Origin: Longimicrobiales bacterium
GTDB lineage: Bacteria; Gemmatimonadota; Gemmatimonadetes; Longimicrobiales; Gaopeijiaceae
Length of the DNA stretch: 64,000 nt
Assembly (NCBI GenBank): GCA_965219445.1
Contig: CBDCNQ010000005.1
Coordinates: 736,001-800,000, forward strand
Reading direction: 5' to 3'
Position numbers and translations under genes: made by a program. The notes beneath the pieces were generated by a model. The model saw only the letters and a list, made by a program, of their open reading frames with translations, was not told the DNA's origin and did not search any database. Positions 61,284 to 64,000 of the stretch are shown here, one piece after another (position 1 is the first letter of the stretch; each line of letters starts with the position of its first letter).

Positions 61284-62039
61284 TTATCGGTACTTCGGGA
61301 TCATGTACTTCACTGCACGACGCGCATCTACCGCATCACATTCGTACGGATTGAGCCTGTAGCCCTCGGGAGCCGGGAGCCAGCGGGTCGTGTATGACGC
61401 AGGTTCCCTGAGGAACATCGGATCCTCGACGGTCAGGGTCAGGCGCAACTCCTCTCCTTCGCGCCAGTACCTCTCGGTCACCTTCTTGAGCTGGGACGAC
61501 GGGATCCCGTTGTAATCGTCGAATCCCGTGATATCGAAGACGAAGTGGGTTGTTTCGACGAGGAGCGCGTCGCCTTCGTATCGACCGACCGAGAAACCCT
61601 GGACGCCGTATCCGTTTAGGGGCGGATCGCGCCCGTCCAGCCAAACAGTTCGGAGCTGGTCGTCCTTCTCGTACCGGAACATGACCCGATCCGGCCACTG
61701 CACGACTTCCATGAAATAGGGGTCATACTGGAGCGCCGGCGACGCCGATGGAACGCAATCGTACTTCGGTGCGATCGCCTCATCGAAAACCTCCTGATAG
61801 GCGAGCGCACGCTCGTTGAGCACGGGGAAATTGTCCGGCGTCCAGGGCATGTTCGGTCCGTTGACCGGACGCGCACTGCCGCGGCCGTCCCACATCCCCA
61901 CCAAGTCGGGAATCGCCGCCACGGTCGATTGGGCGGTGACCTCCGCCGGAGCCCCACCAATCCCCACCGCAAACAAGGCAGCCGCTGCGGCCAAGCACGC
62001 GAGCGATCGAGAAAGCACCGGGCTGTCCGTCCTCCTCAT
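61284..62039 (-). CDS. Exported hypothetical protein (DUF6152 partner type)
   Basis: PDLVGMW, DCVP, GFSVGRYEGDALLVET, VTERY, VEDP, YEC. Confidence 0.75.
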   Translation of the reverse strand: MRRTDSPVLSRSLACLAAAAALFAVGIGGAPAEVTAQSTVAAIPDLVGMWDGRGSARPVNGPNMPWTPDNFPVLNERALAYQEVFDEAIAPKYDCVPSASPALQYDPYFMEVVQWPDRVMFRYEKDDQLRTVWLDGRDPPLNGYGVQGFSVGRYEGDALLVETTHFVFDITGFDDYNGIPSSQLKKVTERYWREGEELRLTLTVEDPMFLREPASYTTRWLPAPEGYRLNPYECDAVDARRAVKYMIPKYR

Positions 62040-62296
62040 CCTCCCTCTCCTTGTTTCCGGCAATCCTCGAGGATTTGCGATACCGTCACACCTAATTCAC
62101 GGGACGCAATTCACGGAGGTGAATCTACAGCGGCTCCCGACTTAGGGATAGATGGCCCGCGAAGGTCCGGGCCGGGCCCCGCCTCGCGCTCAGAGAACCC
62201 TGGCGGGCGCCCGCCTCCCAGAGTATCCTTGGTCCCGAACAGGACCGGAGTCTACGGAGTCCTAAGGCCAAGTTTCCGATGAAAGGGAAAAATCAC

Positions 62297-62852
62297 ATGA
62301 AGCGCCTCCTTTAATGTGGCAACCGCCACCGCCTTCTTCGCGCTGTCGGCGCCTGCGGATTCGTCCGCGCAAGCGAGCGTGTTCTTGGGCGGGGGCACAA
62401 CGATTCCCACGAGCGACTACAACGACTTCGCCAAGGTGGGATGGCAGGGACACGGCGGGGTGCTTGTCCCTGTGGGTGAAATGGGCGTCGTGGTGGGAGC
62501 CGAGGGCTACTACGGTAGCAACGGCCACGACACCGACGGTGACAAGACGAACCTGTACGGTGGCGTAGCTTTGGTCGGTTGGCAGGGTGGGGACCCCGAC
62601 GGGATATCGCCCGGCGTCTACGCGGGATTGGGCTCCATGACCCACTCGTTCAAGTCGGACAATACCCCCCTCTTGGAGGGCTCGGACACGAGCCTGGCCG
62701 CGGGCGGGGGGGCGGGCGTCAGCTTCCCACCCGGAAGCATCAGTGGCTTCGTGGGCGCTAATTTCGTCACGGGCTTCAGCGACAACTCTGGAACGAAGTA
62801 TTTCGGGTTCGGCTTCAGCGCGGTCATCCCGGTCGGCGGCGGCGGCATGTAG
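62297..62852 (+). CDS. Small outer-membrane beta-barrel protein, +1 frameshift at ~62310-62312
   Basis: ATG AAG CGC CTC CTT (T) AAT GTG gives the signal peptide MKRLLNVATATAFFALSA; alternating Gly/aromatic strands. Confidence 0.72.
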
Positions 62853-62877
62853 TCGTGCGGGCCGACCGCTCGAAGAC

Positions 62878-62948
62878 CTGGCGGCAACAGGGAGCTGGCA
62901 GCGACAAGGGGCTGGCAGCAACAAGGGGGCTGGCAGCAACAAGGGGGG
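62878..62948 (+). repeat. Four tandem 17-19 bp repeats (CTGGCAGCAACAAGGGG)
   Basis: Units at 62878, 62895, 62912 and 62930; no spacers. Confidence 0.9.
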
Positions 62949-62980
62949 AGGTCCTGCACGGGCCTCCCCCCCTTCCTTTC
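62941..62980 (+). terminator. Intrinsic terminator-like hairpin
   Basis: AAGGGGGGAGGTCC-TGCAC-GGGCCTCCCCCCCTT followed by CCTTTC. Confidence 0.65.
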
Positions 62981-63134
62981 CAGCGCTCTCGGGGACCAGC
63001 TCACCAAGCGGATGCGTGGTGGATAGAGAGGCCGATCGGACTCGCGCGTTTGCCGCCCCACCCCACCCTTCCTATTATCATCAGCCAGCCTCCTCGGCAG
63101 GCTCGAATCCACCATGCCCGCGAGTGACCAAACG

Positions 63135-63203
63135 ATGACGATGGACATCTCTCAACCATGACGCCGGACGTTTCTCGACCATGACGCCGGACATCTCTCG
63201 AAG
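63135..63203 (+). repeat. Three diverged 23-bp tandem repeats spanning the fdnG start codon
   Basis: ATGACGATGGACATCTCTCAACC / ATGACGCCGGACGTTTCTCGACC / ATGACGCCGGACATCTCTCGAAG. Confidence 0.9.
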
Positions 63204-64000
63204 AGACCTCCTCAAGGTCTCCGCCCTCGCGAGTGGGGCCACCGTCGTCAACGCGTTGGGCTTCAACTTGAAGCCCGCGTACGCGGCCGCCCGCGAGCTC
63301 AAGATCTCCAACGCCCGCGAATTCAAGACGGTGTGCCCATACTGCGCCGTCGGGTGCGGGGCGATCGCGTACGTCCACGGGAGCGGCGGCCTCAACACGG
63401 TGAACTCCATCATCCACGTGGAGGGAGATGCGGACAGCCCCATCAACGGTGGGACACTGTGCCCGAAGGGGGCCGCCCAGATGCAGCTCGCCATGAGCCC
63501 GCGCCTCGAGAAGGGCCCCAAATACCGTGAGGCGGGCGCTTCGGAGTGGACCGATGTCACCTGGGACTTCGCGATGGACTGGTTCGCCAGGAAGTTCAAG
63601 GATTCGCGAGACGCCTCGTTCGTGGAGCGGGACGAGGAGGGCCGAACGGTCAACCGCTGCGAGGGCATCGGCTGGGTGGGAAGCGCCACGGTGGCCAACG
63701 AGGACGCCTACTTCATCACCAAGACGATGCGCGCCATGGGGTTGGTCTACATCGATCACCAGGCCCGGATATGACACAGCCCCACAGTGGCCAGTTTGGC
63801 CGCAACGTTCGGGCGGGGCGCCATGACGAACCACTGGACGGACATCAAGAACACCGACGTGGTGCTGGTCATGGGCGCCAACCCGGCGGAGAACCACCCC
63901 TGCGGGTTCAAGTGGGCGCTCGAGGCCAGGGATGAGCGCGGCGCCCGGATCATAACGGTCGACCCCCGTTATACCCGCACCTCCGCCGTCGCCGATCATC
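63181..64000 (+). CDS. fdnG: Formate dehydrogenase-N/O alpha subunit, selenoprotein (partial)
   Basis: SRRDLLK Tat motif; CPYCAVGC...LCPKG; DHQARI-TGA(63772)-HSPTVASLAATFGRGAMTNHW continues in frame to the window end. Confidence 0.95.
63772..63803 (+). promoter_or_regulatory. Sec codon plus bacterial SECIS hairpin
   Basis: TGA followed by GTGGCCA-GTT-TGGCCGC (63787-63803), with GT in the loop about 20 nt after the UGA. Confidence 0.85.

Noticed and set aside
62855..63127. 90-aa ORF whose stop overlaps GTG 63124, possibly extending the coupling chain back to the OMP gene
   Set aside because: It consists of repeat and terminator sequence with no SD; probably chance.
62878..63203. Possible CRISPR array
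   Set aside because: The repeats are head-to-tail with no spacers, and there are no cas genes in the window.
63181..63774. fdnG as a nonsense pseudogene
   Set aside because: The TGA is at the Sec position, a SECIS follows and the frame continues.
63001..63999. 332-aa minus-strand ORF
   Set aside because: Antisense to fdnG.

Overview
High-GC bacterial window. Gene content (Bat operon, DUF6152 pair, many exported NHL propellers, barrel-less TonB-plug protein) suggests a Gemmatimonadota- or Acidobacteria-like environmental genome; this is inference. It holds about 50 genes, mostly exported or periplasmic redox and hydrolytic enzymes. These include a SorAB-like sulfite oxidase plus cytochrome c, a second Moco enzyme, a Tat flavoprotein with cytochrome c, a BBE-type FAD oxidase and a PQQ dehydrogenase. 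Also present are five PAL-like NHL propellers, a MoxR/BatA-E operon, ppk2, nadB, yajQ and fdhD. The window ends inside a selenocysteine formate dehydrogenase alpha subunit (in-frame TGA plus SECIS hairpin). An IS3-family element interrupts a glycerate kinase. Six genes carry single-base indels in short homopolymers, probably sequencing errors. Most notable: a triple 23-bp repeat makes a chain of ATGA-coupled mini-ORFs leading into fdnG; the PAL-like proteins fall into two active-site subtypes with no PHM partner; there is a DUF6152/MBL/PQQ run of genes, a CxxGC-repeat/cytochrome/flavoprotein module, and a 59-aa lipopeptide missing from the ORF track. No rRNA, tRNA or CRISPR array was seen. All family calls are from motif recognition by eye, not database searches.
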